This document shows positions 1-19,169 of a stretch of 64,000 bases of DNA, piece after piece. Source of the stretch: the human T2T-CHM13v2.0 reference genome, Homo sapiens; the NCBI RefSeq assembly GCF_009914755.1, contig NC_060934.1, one strand, 5' to 3'. The notes beneath the pieces are model-generated. The model worked only from the letters and a program-made list of their open reading frames with translations. It ran no database searches and was not told the DNA's origin. Each line of letters begins with the position of its first letter. The stretch's first letter is position 1. The position numbers and the translations under genes are program-made.

Positions 1-22
1 CCAGGACATAAAGACTGAATAT

Positions 23-356
<334 letters not shown>

Positions 357-1242
357 CTAGATAAATGAAAAGGAAAGGGGGTCGCACCATGGGAACAAAG
401 GCTGGAAGTGTCGTTGTGTTCTTGGGAAAGTGCCCCACCACTGTTGGAGTGTGCCAGGTCGCACTGCTCTAAGTTGTATATGTGTAGATCTAAGCTGTGC
501 TGAGAATGGACAGGAGAATAAAATCTCTACCACCTGTATCCATGCTAATATTTTTTTTTAAATCACAAGAAAATGTGAGGATGAATAATTAAGCCACTAG
601 ATTATGATTATCTTGAGGAAAAAGCCTTATGTATTTTTATATCACTGAAACGGGCACTGCATTTGGCCCCTCAAAAATGTGCTCAAAACTGTTGGGTTAA
701 TTAATATGGTTTTAAAATTTTGCTTCAAATAATAGAAAGAAGAGTTCACATGGGTTCCACAAACTTGACTCAAACTTGTTATTAATTTTTAAATAAAATA
801 TTATATTATTAATATTCTTTTTCTTAAATCACTAGGAAAGGTTCAGGCTATAATAGGAAGACTAATGCCAGGGTGGTTTGAACCACACACAAAGTGCTCA
901 AGTAACAAAGGAACACGCTTCTTAGTTACTTTTGTTATACTCTTACCTGGGGAGAAAGTTCGAAGTAAGTCTGAACCATTGCCAACCCAAGAGAGGATTC
1001 CCTCATTCAGCTCAATTCTTCTTGAATAATTCATTGGCAAAGTCCCTTTTACCTGCAACAAGCCTGGACTAGAGTTTCTTGTTGTGTCTTAATGAATTTT
1101 AATTGCACCCCTACCTATCTTGGCGTCAACACTGTCTCATTTACTACTATATTGTTGATCCCTTTTCATAAGTCTTCAGACTCTAAAGCTTGATACGGTT
1201 TGTACTTTGGCTTGTTTTCTTTTGCTTTTATTTCTTTTCAAA

Positions 1243-1440
1243 CTGCTTAGCTCAGTTAATAAGTTACTGAGACTAATGTGCCCAAGATCATGAGTTTGGC
1301 TTGTGACACCTTCTCTCCTCTGTGGCCACAGACTGCCCCTCTGATCCCATAACTCCCATCACCAAAATGTACTTATGTAATCATGCGTCTGGAGAGCTGG
1401 GATATTTGAGGGGATGGAGCATAACCACCGAATACTCCAC
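1243..1440 (+). mobile_element. tRNA-derived ancient SINE (MamSINE1-like)
   Basis: tRNA-like head (ttagctcagtt...ctaatg...ccaagatcatgagtt) followed by tggccacagactgcccct, resembling the recalled MamSINE1 consensus. Confidence 0.55.
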
Positions 1441-1776
1441 CCCAAGGACTTGCCTCTCTGACAAAGGGACATTAGCCTTTAATTTGGTATGACGACAAAC
1501 AGCAAGGTTCTAAGGCTCAATTTCCTCAATTTCTCCTCTTTATACAAAGGGGATAATGATTCATATGAAAGATTACGAAGACTATGTATAACCTCATAAA
1601 AGGAACACGCAAAATTACTTATGTCCTGTGAGTAAAAGCCATGTAAAAATGCCTGCAGTTATAATAGTCAAAGAATGAAAGGGAAAACAGAACATAAAAA
1701 CAAAAAACCAAAAAACGATTATATTAGGGAGGTGGGATTATGAATGAACTCATTCTTTCCTTTAAATTTTCTCTTG

Positions 1777-2086
1777 GCCAGGCATGGTGGCTCACGCATG
1801 TAATCCCAGCACTTTGGGAGGCAGAGGTGGGTGAATTACTTGAGGCCAGGAGTTCGAAACCAGCCTGGCCAACATGGAGAAACCCTGTGTTTACTAAAAA
1901 TACAAAAAATTACCTGGACATGGTGGCGCACAGCTATAATCCCAACTACTTGGGTGGCTGAGGCACAAGCCTGGGAGGCAGAGGTTGCAGTGACCTGAGA
2001 TTGCACCAGTGTACTCCAGCCTGGGCAACAGAGTGAGATTCTGTCTCAAAAACAATAAAATTAAATAAATAAATAAATAAATAAAA
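1777..2086 (+). mobile_element. AluS
   Basis: Dimeric Alu with (AAAT)n tail. Confidence 0.92.
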
Positions 2087-2209
2087 TCTTCTCTTAGTGT
2101 TATTATAATTAACAGACTAGACGTTCAAAAATCCTCTAGACTTCTAGCTCTGCCTTTTTTTATGTCCAAATTAAATGGCTTAATTATGTATCTCAATATT
2201 TTCCCTATG

Positions 2210-2512
<303 letters not shown>

Positions 2513-3354
2513 TGATTCCATCCCTATGTTTTTTTTTTTTTTTTTTTAATTTTAATTCTCAGTATGGATGCAGGAGGAGGGGACTTTATTCTCCTACCTT
2601 GTCCATTTGCCCACTTGCCTATGACTGAAATGTGTTCCCAGCACAGCTTCTCCCTAAGCACCAATCATTCTCCTCTCCTTCAATGCGAAATCACGAGGAA
2701 CTCAAGGCCACTAAGTCACTCTTATGTTGCTGACTCTTTGAGGAAAAAGAGGGAGCTTCCTGAGCAGCAGATAACACAAAAGAACTTGAACCTGAATGTA
2801 AGACACCATTGCTTTTTCACCTCACAGTCATGCTTAGTCTAGGGAATTTCTCCTTGATAGGTTTTTCCTCATTCTCTCCCATTCTCCAAGGCTGTCCGCA
2901 CTCAAACCTTCACTTAGTCTGGGGATTCAGAGGTACCTTTCCTAGAGGATATGGCACCAGAGCTAAATTTCAAAGGTTGAGTAAGAGTTAGCCAGGTGAA
3001 AAATTGTAAAAAAGCCCCACAAGGCAGAGGGAGGAGCAGAAACAAGATCATGTAGAAAAGAACAGCATTATGTGTTCAGGGAGTGACAGGTGAGTTACCA
3101 TGGCTTGCTGATGTGTTTGATGCCAAGATTGGTAGAGAGGAGGGGAGGAGAAAGGGCCCAGGCCTTCCCATGATCATTCAGTCATAGAGCAATTTAACTG
3201 CAGTTTAGAGAATGAGCTAAGTGTGGCAAGTTTGGACCAGGGTGGCTTGAAATACTGTGACAATCATCCAGGTGGGAGATGGTGAGAGTGGGAACCAGGG
3301 AAGAACAGGAACGGCCATGAGAGGTCAAGCCCTTTAGTTGAAGGTGGGGAGATA

Positions 3355-3819
<465 letters not shown>

Positions 3820-3823
3820 TCAA

Positions 3824-3950
3824 ACTGGGCATGGTGGTGCATGGCTGTCATCCCAACTACTCGGGAGGCTGACGCAGGAGGATTGTTCGAGCCCGGGATT
3901 TTAAGACCAACCTGGGCAACATTGTGAGACTTCGTCTCTAGAAAAAGAAA
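3824..3950 (+). mobile_element. FLAM-type Alu monomer
   Basis: Single ~125-bp arm ending gagacttcgtctcta plus A-rich tail. Confidence 0.8.
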
Positions 3951-3959
3951 TATTTTTCA

Positions 3960-5080
<1,121 letters not shown>

Positions 5081-5124
5081 TCACTGGCCTGTGCTTTGGG
5101 ATCTGGAGATAATACTTAGCATCA

Positions 5125-5532
<408 letters not shown>

Positions 5533-6684
5533 TCAATTCGAGATCATTCAATTCATTGATTTAACCAATATTTACACACTAGGAACCCAGCAATGACAAG
5601 GCAGATGGAGCTCATCATTTAGACTAACAATCCCTTTCCATCTTCTCACATAGAAGATGTGAGAGCATCTCACAGCACAGAGCATTTATCAGATCTTCTA
5701 AAACACCATGGCTGTAATCTCCCTCTTAAAAATGCATATTGCATGTTCCATGTTAAAGGCTCTGAGAAATCCTGCTGTTGAAAATAATTATAAGTATATG
5801 TAATCTCCAGTGCTTCCTTTTTTAAAAGCGTAGAACTTTTTTTCCCCTACAGGATGCCTACTGAGATCCTTAGAATATGGTTTGAGAAGGACCAGCCTAG
5901 TGAAAAGAGAAGTTGGGGCCAACGGTGAGAGCACAGTAGGAAGGCTTAAAGGTTTATGAGCCAGCTCCTTCTGCCTAGGCCGTGCCCATCAGTTAAGTTC
6001 CCGTGACTCAACACCACCAGACTGTGCAGGCCTGAAGGTGGAGTGTCAGAAAAGTCCTCAGGGCAAGCTGAAATGAGAGTGCCCGCAGGGAGAGTAAATT
6101 AAATGCTCTGAAGCATGGCAGACAGAGGCTGAGCTGGTGCAAGGGTGGGCCCTCAGCATACCCACCATTGAGGGAAAACCTTACACAGCAGTACTAGAAT
6201 CGGTGCTTCCAATAGGGACTCTTTTTTGGAAATAACTTTGAAAATCCTCTTTGCTCCTGCTACAACCCAGAGCTCAGGTCTGGCCCTGGCACGTCTCAGC
6301 TCTATGAGCTATACAAGTTGACTACCTGCCCTTAGAATGCAGTATATGCAAAAAACACTTTGTAAACTCCAAAGTGCTATGTAGGTGTGAGTTACTGTTA
6401 TCATCGATGCAAATGTGCTGGCCTTAAGTCCCACCCATTCCCTGTGGGGGGTGATCCCCAGGGTCAAGTGTCTGGAGGTCCTGGTAAAATTAGAATTCAG
6501 TCTAAGTTTTTCTTCCTATATTTTCTGCTTAATAACTTGGTTCTACTCTAGGACTCAGCACCTCTCTGAGCCCCCTATTACTGGGGATCTTCCAAACATG
6601 AACAACTGTCCCCATGCTAACCACCACCATTCAGGCTCAGCCATTTGCTCTCCTCTCTTGCCTTTTCTTTCTTCCAATCATTCT

Positions 6685-6832
6685 TTTTAAAAATTATTTT
6701 TATGATTTTTTATTTTTGTGGAGATGGGGTCTTGCTTTGTTGCCCCACTGTTGAACTCCTGGGTTCAAGTGATCCTCCTGCCTCAGCCTCCCAAGGTGCT
6801 GGAATTACGGTCGCGGATCCACCACACCTGGC
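6685..6832 (-). mobile_element. FLAM_C / Alu left monomer
   Basis: Antisense single arm. Confidence 0.8.
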
Positions 6833-7002
6833 CTCTTCCAGTGATTCTTACTTCAACATGCTACACATCACTTCCAGACTGGCCCACCCTTTTTCCCATG
6901 AGTCTTTCTAATGTATAGCCTTTCATCCGGTACACAGGATGAAGCCCAATCCCCTTGAGCTAGTGTCTAAAGTCCTCCTAGGACAATCCCTTACTAACTC
7001 CT

Positions 7003-7547
7003 TGTGGAGAAGAGTTTAATGCACCAGTTCTGAGACTGCTACCCTTAGAAAGGCTTGCTTGCAAGGTTGGCCCTTGGCTGGCACCAGGAAACCTGGATTT
7101 GGGAAGGGCTCCTGCCGTTCCCTATCTGAGAAGTGGTGCTCAATATGCTTAAACTGTGCAATCAGTGTGGTTCCTGCTGAACACCTGCTTTCCCTCCTGG
7201 AGTCTGGAATTTCTGTACTGCTAGAAAGTGGGTCCCTAGGTGACAAGCTCTCAATAAAAATCTTGAACATTGAGTCACTAATGAGACTGGTACTGGTAGA
7301 CAACACTTCATAGGTGTTGTCATAATTTGCTGCTGTAGGAATTAACTACATCCTGGTAACTTCCAAGAGGACTCTTGGAAGCTTGTGTCTGGTTTCCTCC
7401 TGACTTTGCCCCATGCATTTTGCTGATTTTGTTTTGCATGCTTTTGCTGGAATGGATCACAGCTGTGAGTATGACTGTTTTCTGAGTCTTGTGAATCCTT
7501 CTAGAAAGTCATCAATTCTAGAGATGGTCTTGGGGGCCCCTGACACA
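7003..7547 (+). mobile_element. Solo LTR, MER68-like (ERVL)
   Basis: TG...CA ends; ctgagactgctacccttagaaaggcttgcttgcaaggttggcccttggctggc matches the recalled MER68 5' end. Confidence 0.75.
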
Positions 7548-7736
7548 TCTCTTGGTTTTTTCTTTTTGTGTTCCTCTCCACAGACTCTGCCCTCCTACTA
7601 ATCTGGTTCATTCCAAAACTCCTTGCGCATGCCTGGCCCTGTAGCTCACACAACCTCCCTGCCTAAAGTGACCCAGCTCTCTCAGACCCAAAGGCTCCCT
7701 TCTTTCAAAGCTTTTATCGAGTCCTACCTCCTCCAC

Positions 7737-8161
7737 TGCTATGGTTTGAAAGTTTGTCCCCTCCAAAAGTCATGTTAAAACGTAAATCCCATTATTGAGA
7801 GGTGGGGCCTTTTAGAGATGATTGGGTCATAAAGGCTCTGGTCATAAAAATGGATTAATAGATTAGAGGGTTCATGAATTAATAGGTTATCAGAGGAGAG
7901 GCACTAGTGGCTTTATAAGAAGAAGAAGGGGGAATTGAGCAAGCACGCTCAGCCTCCTCATCATTTGATGTCCTGCATCTCCCTGGGGCTCTGCAGGAAG
8001 TCCCCCTGCCACAAGCATGAAGGTCCTCACCAGATGCAGTCCCTCAACCTTGAACTTCCCAGTCTTCACAACTGTAAGAAATAAATTAATAAATTCCTTT
8101 TCTTTATAAATTACCCAGTTTCAAGTATTCCGTTATAAGCAACAGACAAGGGACTAAGACA
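7737..8161 (+). mobile_element. MaLR solo LTR (MSTD-like)
   Basis: tgctatggtttga...gactaagaca; 5-bp TSD tccac at 7732-7736 and 8162-8166. Confidence 0.88.
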
Positions 8162-8868
8162 TCCACATCTTTCAGAATGGGCCAGCCTTGGGGGAGGCTT
8201 CCTCCTCTGAACATCTTTTTATACTCTGTTCCATTCAGTTGGCATTTTATGTGCACTGTTCATCTGCCTTCCTAGTTCAACTGTTAAGTCCTCCAGAGAG
8301 GAGAACAATATTTTTCTTCTTTAATTTCCCTGTGTAGTGTCCCCTGTTCATAGTAATTGCCCTGGGGACATATAAAGGCCCTAAATGGGTTTCAGCTCTG
8401 TCTGACCAGTTCTGTTTTCACTAATTCAAGTATCTCACTCTCTGACCATGCTTTCTCAACCTCTAGTTTGTGGTTCATCTTCTCCTGCCCACTCCAGGGT
8501 CCCTGCCTTTTGATCCGCCAGATCCTCCAGTAAGGAGCAGGATAACTCCTCTGCTCCCTCCCAGGCCCTCTACCATATCCTTTCTTCACTTCCTCCATCA
8601 TCAGCTTACATCATTTCAATATTAGCTGCCAATTTGGTAGCTCACTTGACTCTCCTCATGGTGTATGCAGCTGGCTAAACTATAACTTGCTTTCTCTGTT
8701 TACACCTGGGCATCTTGGTACAGCAAGGGAAGTCAAACCACAAGACCTATTGATTTTACCATAAATTGTGATCTCCAACCTCAGATGGCCCTAGTACCAG
8801 GCAAGGTCCCATCAGGAAACAGATGACACACTTAGAAAGGGTAACTGAGGAAGGCTTAAGAAAGGGAA

Positions 8869-9020
8869 GGCTGGGCATTGTGACTCATGCCTGTAATCCC
8901 AGGACTTTGAGAGGCTGAAGTGGGAAGGATCATTTGAGGCCAGGAGTTTGAGAACAGCCTGGGCAACATAGTGAGACCCAGTCTCTATTAAAAAAAAAAA
9001 AGAAAAAAGAAAGAAGAAAA
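8869..9020 (+). mobile_element. FLAM_C
   Basis: Left-arm monomer with A tail. Confidence 0.85.
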
Positions 9021-9426
9021 GGAAGATTTACAAAGGTGTGGGTGGGGATAAGGAGACCCAGCAAGCTTCCACCTTTCATCCTGCAGGGGGAAGGGGGGAC
9101 ATTACCAGAACTTAGCAGCCTAGCAGGTAGCTGGGGCTACGGTCTTCAGTTCAGTAAAGGAATGCAGCAACTGACAAACAGGAAACTATTACCCCAACCT
9201 GTCTCTCTGCTCAGCCCAACTATTCTGCAGGCACCTCCGGATGACCAAACTCAAGAACCCAACAGAGCTGGGAGGGAGCTTGAATGAAGAAGTGCATAAA
9301 AAAATCAGCTCTTGAACCACAGCAGGATGGAGAAGAATGAAAACTTGGGTTGGAGACCAGAGAATATCCAGCACAGGCACTCAAGACTAGCCTGATTTAT
9401 TCCCTAGCTCACTCTTAGAATTCTAC

Positions 9427-9734
9427 TTTTTTAATATTTTTTTTATTTTTAGACAGGCTCTTGCTCTGTCGCTTAGGCTAGAGTACAATGTCGTGATCTC
9501 GGCTTACTGTAGCCTTGACATCCTGGGCTCAAACAATCGATCCTCCTGCCTCAGCTTCCTGAGTAGCTAGGACTATAGCCCACTATCACACCTGGTTAAT
9601 TTTTTTTTTTTGGTAGTACAGATGGGATCTCACTATGTTACCCAGGCTTGTCTCAAACTCCTGGGCTTAAGCAATCCTCCTGTCTTGACCTCCCAAAGTG
9701 CTAGGATTATAGGTGTGAGCCACCACGCCCAGCC
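9427..9734 (-). mobile_element. AluJ
   Basis: Antisense dimer. Confidence 0.9.
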
Positions 9735-10317
9735 ACAGCAATTTCAGACTCTCTTATACTTGCCTCTTTGATCTCACTCTGCAACCTTTCGCTGTCGTCC
9801 TATGATCTCACATCCTACCTCACAAAGAAAATGAAACCATTAGAGAAAAACCCCTTCAACTTCATATCCATAAAACCACTCATTCACTGTAAGAGTTAGA
9901 ATTAAGTTTGGCTGTGAATAATAGACGCTCAAATAATCACGGTCTAAACAGGATGGAAGTTCATTTCTTTTTTAGGCAGCAATTGGCAATCCAAGGCTGG
10001 TGAGGTGGCTGTGCTCTACCAAGACCTCAAGACCCAGGTTCCTTGCGTCTTGCCAGTCCTCTGTGTTTTGTGGTCACCTCATTGCCTAAATGATTGCTCC
10101 AGTTCCAGCCATCATGTCTGTGTTACAGCCAAAGGGAGGGCGGAAGAGATGAAAAGTAGCCAAGAGAACAGCCGTCTTTCAGGGGGCTCCCAGAAGTAGC
10201 TACAAACCACTTCTACTTCATTTGTAGAACTTAGTCTCCTGGCTACCCCTACCTGCAAGGGGGTAAATGTCGTTGTTTATTCTGGTTGGCCATGTGATAA
10301 GTTAAAAATCAAGATCC

Positions 10318-10485
10318 TAGCCCATGGTGGTCCTAGCTACTCGGGAGCCTGAGGCGGGGGGATTGCTTGAGCCCAGGAGTTTGAGGCTGCACTGAGCTGT
10401 GCACCACTGCACTCCAGCCTGGACAACAGAGCAAGATCCTCTTTCATAAAACAACATAAAACAACAACAACAACAACAAAAAATA
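10318..10485 (+). mobile_element. Alu right monomer (FRAM-like)
   Basis: Right arm with (AAC)n tail. Confidence 0.8.
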
Positions 10486-10890
10486 ATCAGGATCCTAATA
10501 CCATAGAAAAGGAGAATGAATGGGAGGAGGAGGCAACTATCACTCTTTGACACACTCACCTTTATCCTTACCCCAGTATTCCCCTCTCAGTCTGCCCTTC
10601 CCTGTAAGTATGTTCAGATCATGGAACTGGTCAGACAAACACATTTTGAGTCAAAAGATATTTTTCACTTCTCTTCTGACTTGACTTTTTCAGAAGCACT
10701 TCGACCACTCTTCCTTTGAATACCTGGCACTGCCTTAGCTTCCTGACGCCACGGGTGCTGCTCCTGGGTCCCCTCCTACCTTTTTGAGTGCTTCCTCTCT
10801 GACCTGTTTGTTTATCCTCTCCTTCCTGACTATTAAACGTGGGTGCTCCTTGAGGCTTGAGCCCAGCTCTCGTCTCTTCATACACTGTAG

Positions 10891-11668
<778 letters not shown>

Positions 11669-12540
11669 TCCTGAATCACCTCTCCCACCTTGTCAGTGTA
11701 ATGACATGACTCAGGCCTCTGTCTGAGTCTAGACTTGTAGATAGATCCGCCTACAAATGTCTCTTTCTAAGTGACTCAAAAGCACAACAAGCTTGACACG
11801 TGCAAATTCATGACTTTCTCTTTGAAATCTGGTTCTCTCCTGGGCTTCCCTATCATGAATGGTCCCGTGACTTACCAGCTATGCAAGTGGACATCTAGAG
11901 GTTATTTTGATCTCTGTCTCCCATACCCACCATTTCCAGCTCCAATCTGGTGTGCAAGTGGCCCAAGTTAGCAGTGAAAATCCTGCATGGTCCTGGGAAG
12001 TTAGGCCTCACCCTCTTCTCCACCCTCACCTGTATCACCTTCCTCTTCACTCTTAGCACCCCAATCACACAGCTGCCATTTTGTTTCTCTAATAAACTGT
12101 GCTCTCTCTCACCCCAGGGCCTTTGCACAAGCAATTGGCCCTATCTGGGACCATTCCCCACTCCATATTCACCCCACCCCATATACCTTGTTAACTTTAC
12201 CCAGAAAAATCTTGCTCTCTCATCTCTGACCAGATAGAATACCCTCGATAAATATACTCTTGCCCTATCTCCTCTTCTTAACAGTTAGGTCAGTTTTAAT
12301 TCTACATGCATTTGTGTGGTTACTTGATGTATTAGTCTGTTTGGGCTGCCGTAACAAAATACTACAGACGGGGTTGGAGGGCAGCTTAAACAACAACAGA
12401 AGTTAATTTTCTCACAGTTCTGGAAAGATCAAGATCAAGGTGCCATGAAGGTTGATATCTGGTGAGGCCTCTCTTCCTGGTTCGCAGACAGTGGCCTGTT
12501 TGCTCTGTCCTTACATGGCCTTTCCTCTGTGTACAGGTGG

Positions 12541-12954
<414 letters not shown>

Positions 12955-13013
12955 TTCTTCCTCTTCTCATAAGGTCACCAGCCCCATTAGATTAGATTAG
13001 GTCACCCTTGTGA

Positions 13014-13439
<426 letters not shown>

Positions 13440-13559
13440 TGATTGACAACTTTCTCATCCACAGCCCCATAGGGGAAAGGTCTATTTTTGGTTTTGTTCA
13501 CCTTGTATTTCTAACATCTGCCTATAGTAAACATTCAATACGTTTTTGTTGAATGAATG

Positions 13560-13840
13560 AGTAATGACTATTAACAGTTATTGAGCACATGAGATTTCAC
13601 AGGCATTGTGCTTATGTGCCATGTCGCAGGTATTGTTCTCAGTGCTTTATATATTAACACAATATACCATTTAATACTCAAAACAAACTTATTGAGAGCT
13701 ATAGCATTATTATCCTGTTACGTTAATGAGAAAGCCTAGACATAGAGAGGTTATAGGATTGCCCAAGTTCACACAGCTTATAAGTGGAAGAAGGAGGATT
13801 TAATTAATCTGTCTGTGCCTAGAACTCATGCTCTTAATCT
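13560..13840 (-). mobile_element. MIR
   Basis: MIR core (attattatcc...atgagaaa...agagaggtta...ttgcccaagttcacacagct). Confidence 0.7.
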
Positions 13841-15824
13841 GTATGCATGGTATTTTAAACACATGAATTAGCAAATCAAAATGCATTAAAATAATATAAT
13901 TAATAAAAATTCATTACATTATTAATTGCATAAAAACTTTATTATCTACCTACTATTTGCAAGGCACTTTTCTAGGCATTTGGAATAACATGCAGATGAA
14001 CAATTTTCTTCACTGTTACAGCATATATTCGTGTGTGCACATAAACAATTAACAGATTAATATATAATATATCAAGTGGTGGTAAGTGCCATGGAGAAGA
14101 ATGAAGCAAGAGAGGGAAATGAATAATGCAGCTAGTTGCAGCTGTTTCAGCAAATGTGGTTGGAGGCCACTCTAGAAAAGGATTTCCAACAGCTCAGAAC
14201 AAAGTCACACAGAAGATATGTAGATGATGTAAGAAATGTTTTCTTATTAATTAGTAACTCAATTAAAAGGACATGAGCTGATAAAATGCAACAGCAAGCA
14301 TTTACTAAAGGCTTGTCCAAGCTCAGGCCTAGAGAAAAACAGCAGGAAGTTCTGGGAGGTCATTCTACAAAACATGGCGATGGCTGTTGTAAACTCAGGG
14401 AATTGAGCTAAGTGAGCCCTGAAACAGCTGTCCTGCCCAACACTTCTGCCCTGTCCCCGCTCTGTTTCTGGCTGGTTTGCTGAGGTGACCCCCGTTACAT
14501 GGCCCTGAGCAAGCTCCTCATCTCTCCAATGTGCAGTGTTACTTAGCAAAATGCTGAGAGCAGCACTAACCAGAAAAATCCGGTATCAGCTCCCCCAAAA
14601 TCAAATATAAGGTCTGTGCAATCCACAGATCAACTCATGTGTGACCCACTAACTTTGCAAGGAAAATGTGCTTTTTATAGCATCTGGGTCAGACTCATTG
14701 AGTGGTGCATTGCGTTAAGGATTCATGCATTTCCCCCAGATTTTCTATTGCCCAGGTGGTAGGTTAGGCATTTAGATAATCTGGCTCAATGTTGTCTAAG
14801 AGGAAGGTTTTGGGAACACAATACCTAATCCTTGTTACTAAATCTTTATGAGAAAATAGGCTGAGAGAGAGCCACAGAACAAAGTTTTGGTTTGGTGTTT
14901 TGATTCCTGAAGCAAGGAGTTCTCTTTTAAGAAAAAAATAATAAATCAAGTGGGCATTGAGTGACATCTACCATCACTAGACTTTCTAAACAAGAATGAA
15001 ATTCACCTATGGAGGCTGTAGATCTCTTTGCTATGTTCGTGTCTGTCCATGCCTTGCCTTTTTGTGTTTTCTCTTTCATTCTTTCTTTTTCCGTTGATAA
15101 ATCACTCAATAACCATACACAAACTAGCAAAACCACATCCAGGACAGCTGGTTAACTGATATACCTTGAGGTTTTTGAAAACAAAACAGCTGAACACTTC
15201 CTCTGTGCCAAAAGAGAGGAAGTAGAGATTTTCCAGGACCCATTTAATCAGAATGATTTCCTGACTGGGGAGGTAAATTATCTATTCAGTCTTTCCCCTG
15301 TTCATCTGCTCAAAGACTATTAAAATATAGATGATATCTCAGAAAAATTAATGCAGATATAAAAGATTATTAAACTAACATTTAATTAACAAAGCAACAG
15401 TAGTTTCTATAAGCCACTACCTCTGGAAGGTCGTTTTTATCTCTCCGCTTCCCTGTCTTTGAGGCGATACTGTTCACAACTCTTTTAATGTTTGGATAAA
15501 GTCCAAGATGTTGCTGTTGGTATTGCTGAAGGTTAATTCTCAAACTCCATGGTTTGATTTGAGAAGGAAATTGTCAAGACTTCCTCTCTCTCAGGCTGGG
15601 TTTGGTTACTGGAACATTTAGGACACTTTGAGCAGCAGGTAACTGAACACCAAAATTAAACAATGCATAAATGCATTAGATTGTGAGCCTGCGAGTTTAG
15701 AGATAAGACACTATGTTCTCTGGAGGATTGGCTCAATTCAGTGGTTTTAACTCCACGTTCCTCCAACTCTCTGGACTCATCCTCAAGGCCTAGAGCAAGA
15801 TGTCTGCAGCCATTCCAGGCCTCA

Positions 15825-16812
<988 letters not shown>

Positions 16813-16959
16813 AGAGCATGAACAGACAACTCACAGAATTTGGGGAAATATTTACAAATCATATATTTAATCAAAGTCTGGTATCCAGGATATATAAAAA
16901 ACATTTACAAAACTCAACAATTAAAATACAAATAGCACAATTTAAAGATGAAAAAAAAC

Positions 16960-17240
16960 AGGTGTGGTGGCTCATGCCTGTAATCCCAGCACTTTGGGAG
17001 GCTGAGATGGGAGGATTGTTTGAAGCCAGGAGTTCAAGAACAGCCTGAGGGACATAGTGAAACCCTGTCTCTACAAAAAAGTTAGGCAGGCATGGTGGTA
17101 CATATCTGTAGTCCCAGCTACTCAGGAGGCTAAGCCTGGGGAAGCCAAGGCTGCAGTGAGATGGGTTTGAGCCACCACACTCCAGCATAGGTGACAGAGC
17201 AAGACACTGTCTCAAAATAAGTAAATAAGTAAATAAAAAT
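16960..17240 (+). mobile_element. AluJ
   Basis: Dimer within L1. Confidence 0.88.
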
Positions 17241-17562
17241 AAGACATTTAAAATTTTTTTAATTAAAAATTATTTTTAATGAAACAGAAATGGAATAGGT
17301 ATTTCTCCAAAGAAGATATACAAATGGCCAACAGCACATAAAGAGACGTTCAGCCTCATTAGTCATTAGGGAAATGCAAATTAAAACCATAATGAGACAC
17401 CACTTCACACATACTAGAACAGTGATACTCAAAAAAGACAAGCAATGACAAGTTTTGATGAGGATGCAGATAAATTAGAACCCTTGTATGTTGCTGATGG
17501 GAATATAAAATGGTGCAGTGCCTTGGAAAAAACAGTCTGGCAGTTTCTCAAAGAGTTAAGTG

Positions 17563-17922
<360 letters not shown>

Positions 17923-18609
17923 TGAAAGAGTTAAATATATATTTATCAAATGTCCCAGCAATTTCACACCGAAGTATCTACCCAGGAGAACTGAAAACAT
18001 ATGTATACTTGGACACAAATGTTCATGGCAGCATAATCGCCAAAAAGTGAAAACGAACCCTGTATCCATCAACTAATGAATGGATAAACAAAATACATGC
18101 ATATAATGGAATATTATTTTACTGTGAAAAAGAATGAAATATTAAAATATTCTACAAGATGAATGAGCCTTGAACAGATAATACTAAGCAAAAGGAGCCA
18201 GACAGAAAAAAATTATATGATTTCATTTACATAAAACATCCAGAATAGGCAAATTCATTGAGAGAAAAAGAAAACATTCATTTATGGTTGCCAGGGGCTA
18301 CAGGGAGGGAGCAAGGGTATGAGGTTTCTTTTGAGAGAGGTGAAATGTTCTGAAATTAGTTAGTGGTGATAGTTGCACGATTTCGTGAATATGCTAAAAC
18401 CACTGAATTTTATCCATCCTCAGGGTGCATATTATGATGTATCAATTATATTTCAATTTAAACAAAAAAAGGAGCATAAACATTTCTTCCTCGGAAGTTC
18501 TTTGAAAACCTCTCCACACTTGTCAATGGCCTGAGCAGAGACACATGAACCAAGACCAGCGACCTTGGGATGCCCTGTGTCCAGTGAGTTCGGCTTGTGG
18601 GTCCTAATG

Positions 18610-19031
18610 GGTATTAGCCTGTTCTTTCACTGCTATGAAGAAATACCTGAGAGGGGGTAATTTATAAAGAAAAGAGGTTTAATTGGCCCATGGTTGCACA
18701 GGCTACACAGGAAGCATGATGCTGGCATCTGCTTGGCTTCTGGGGAGGGCTCAGGAAGCTTATGATCATGGCAGAAGGTGAAGGGGGAGCAGGCATGTCA
18801 CATTGCCAGAGTGGGAGCAAGAGAGAGCAAGGAGGGAGATGCTACACATTTGTAAACAACCAGATCTTGTGAGAACTCTATCACGAGAATAGCACCAAGT
18901 GGATGGTGCTAAACCATTCATGAAGGATCAACCCTCATGATGCAATCACCTCCCACCAGGTTCCACCTCCAACACTGGGGACTCTAATTGCACATGACAT
19001 TTGGGTGGGGACACAGATCCAAACCTTATCA
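18610..19031 (-). mobile_element. MST (MSTA/B) MaLR solo LTR
   Basis: gtattagcctgttc...gggtaatttataaagaaaagaggtttaattgg...atccaaaccttatca. Confidence 0.88.
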
Positions 19032-19169
19032 CTGAGTGACTTAGATTCCTCAGGGCCCAGCCTTAGAGCTGAGATTAACTCTCTCACCCTATGACTGCTG
19101 CCCAAAGAGGAGAGGTGCTAGGGATGGTGGGCAAACAATCACAATTTCTATTCTCATCCTTCTCTTCTC

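Noticed and set aside
1243-1310. tRNA-like sequence
   Set aside because: Degenerate arms and a SINE body downstream indicate an ancient SINE, not a tRNA gene.
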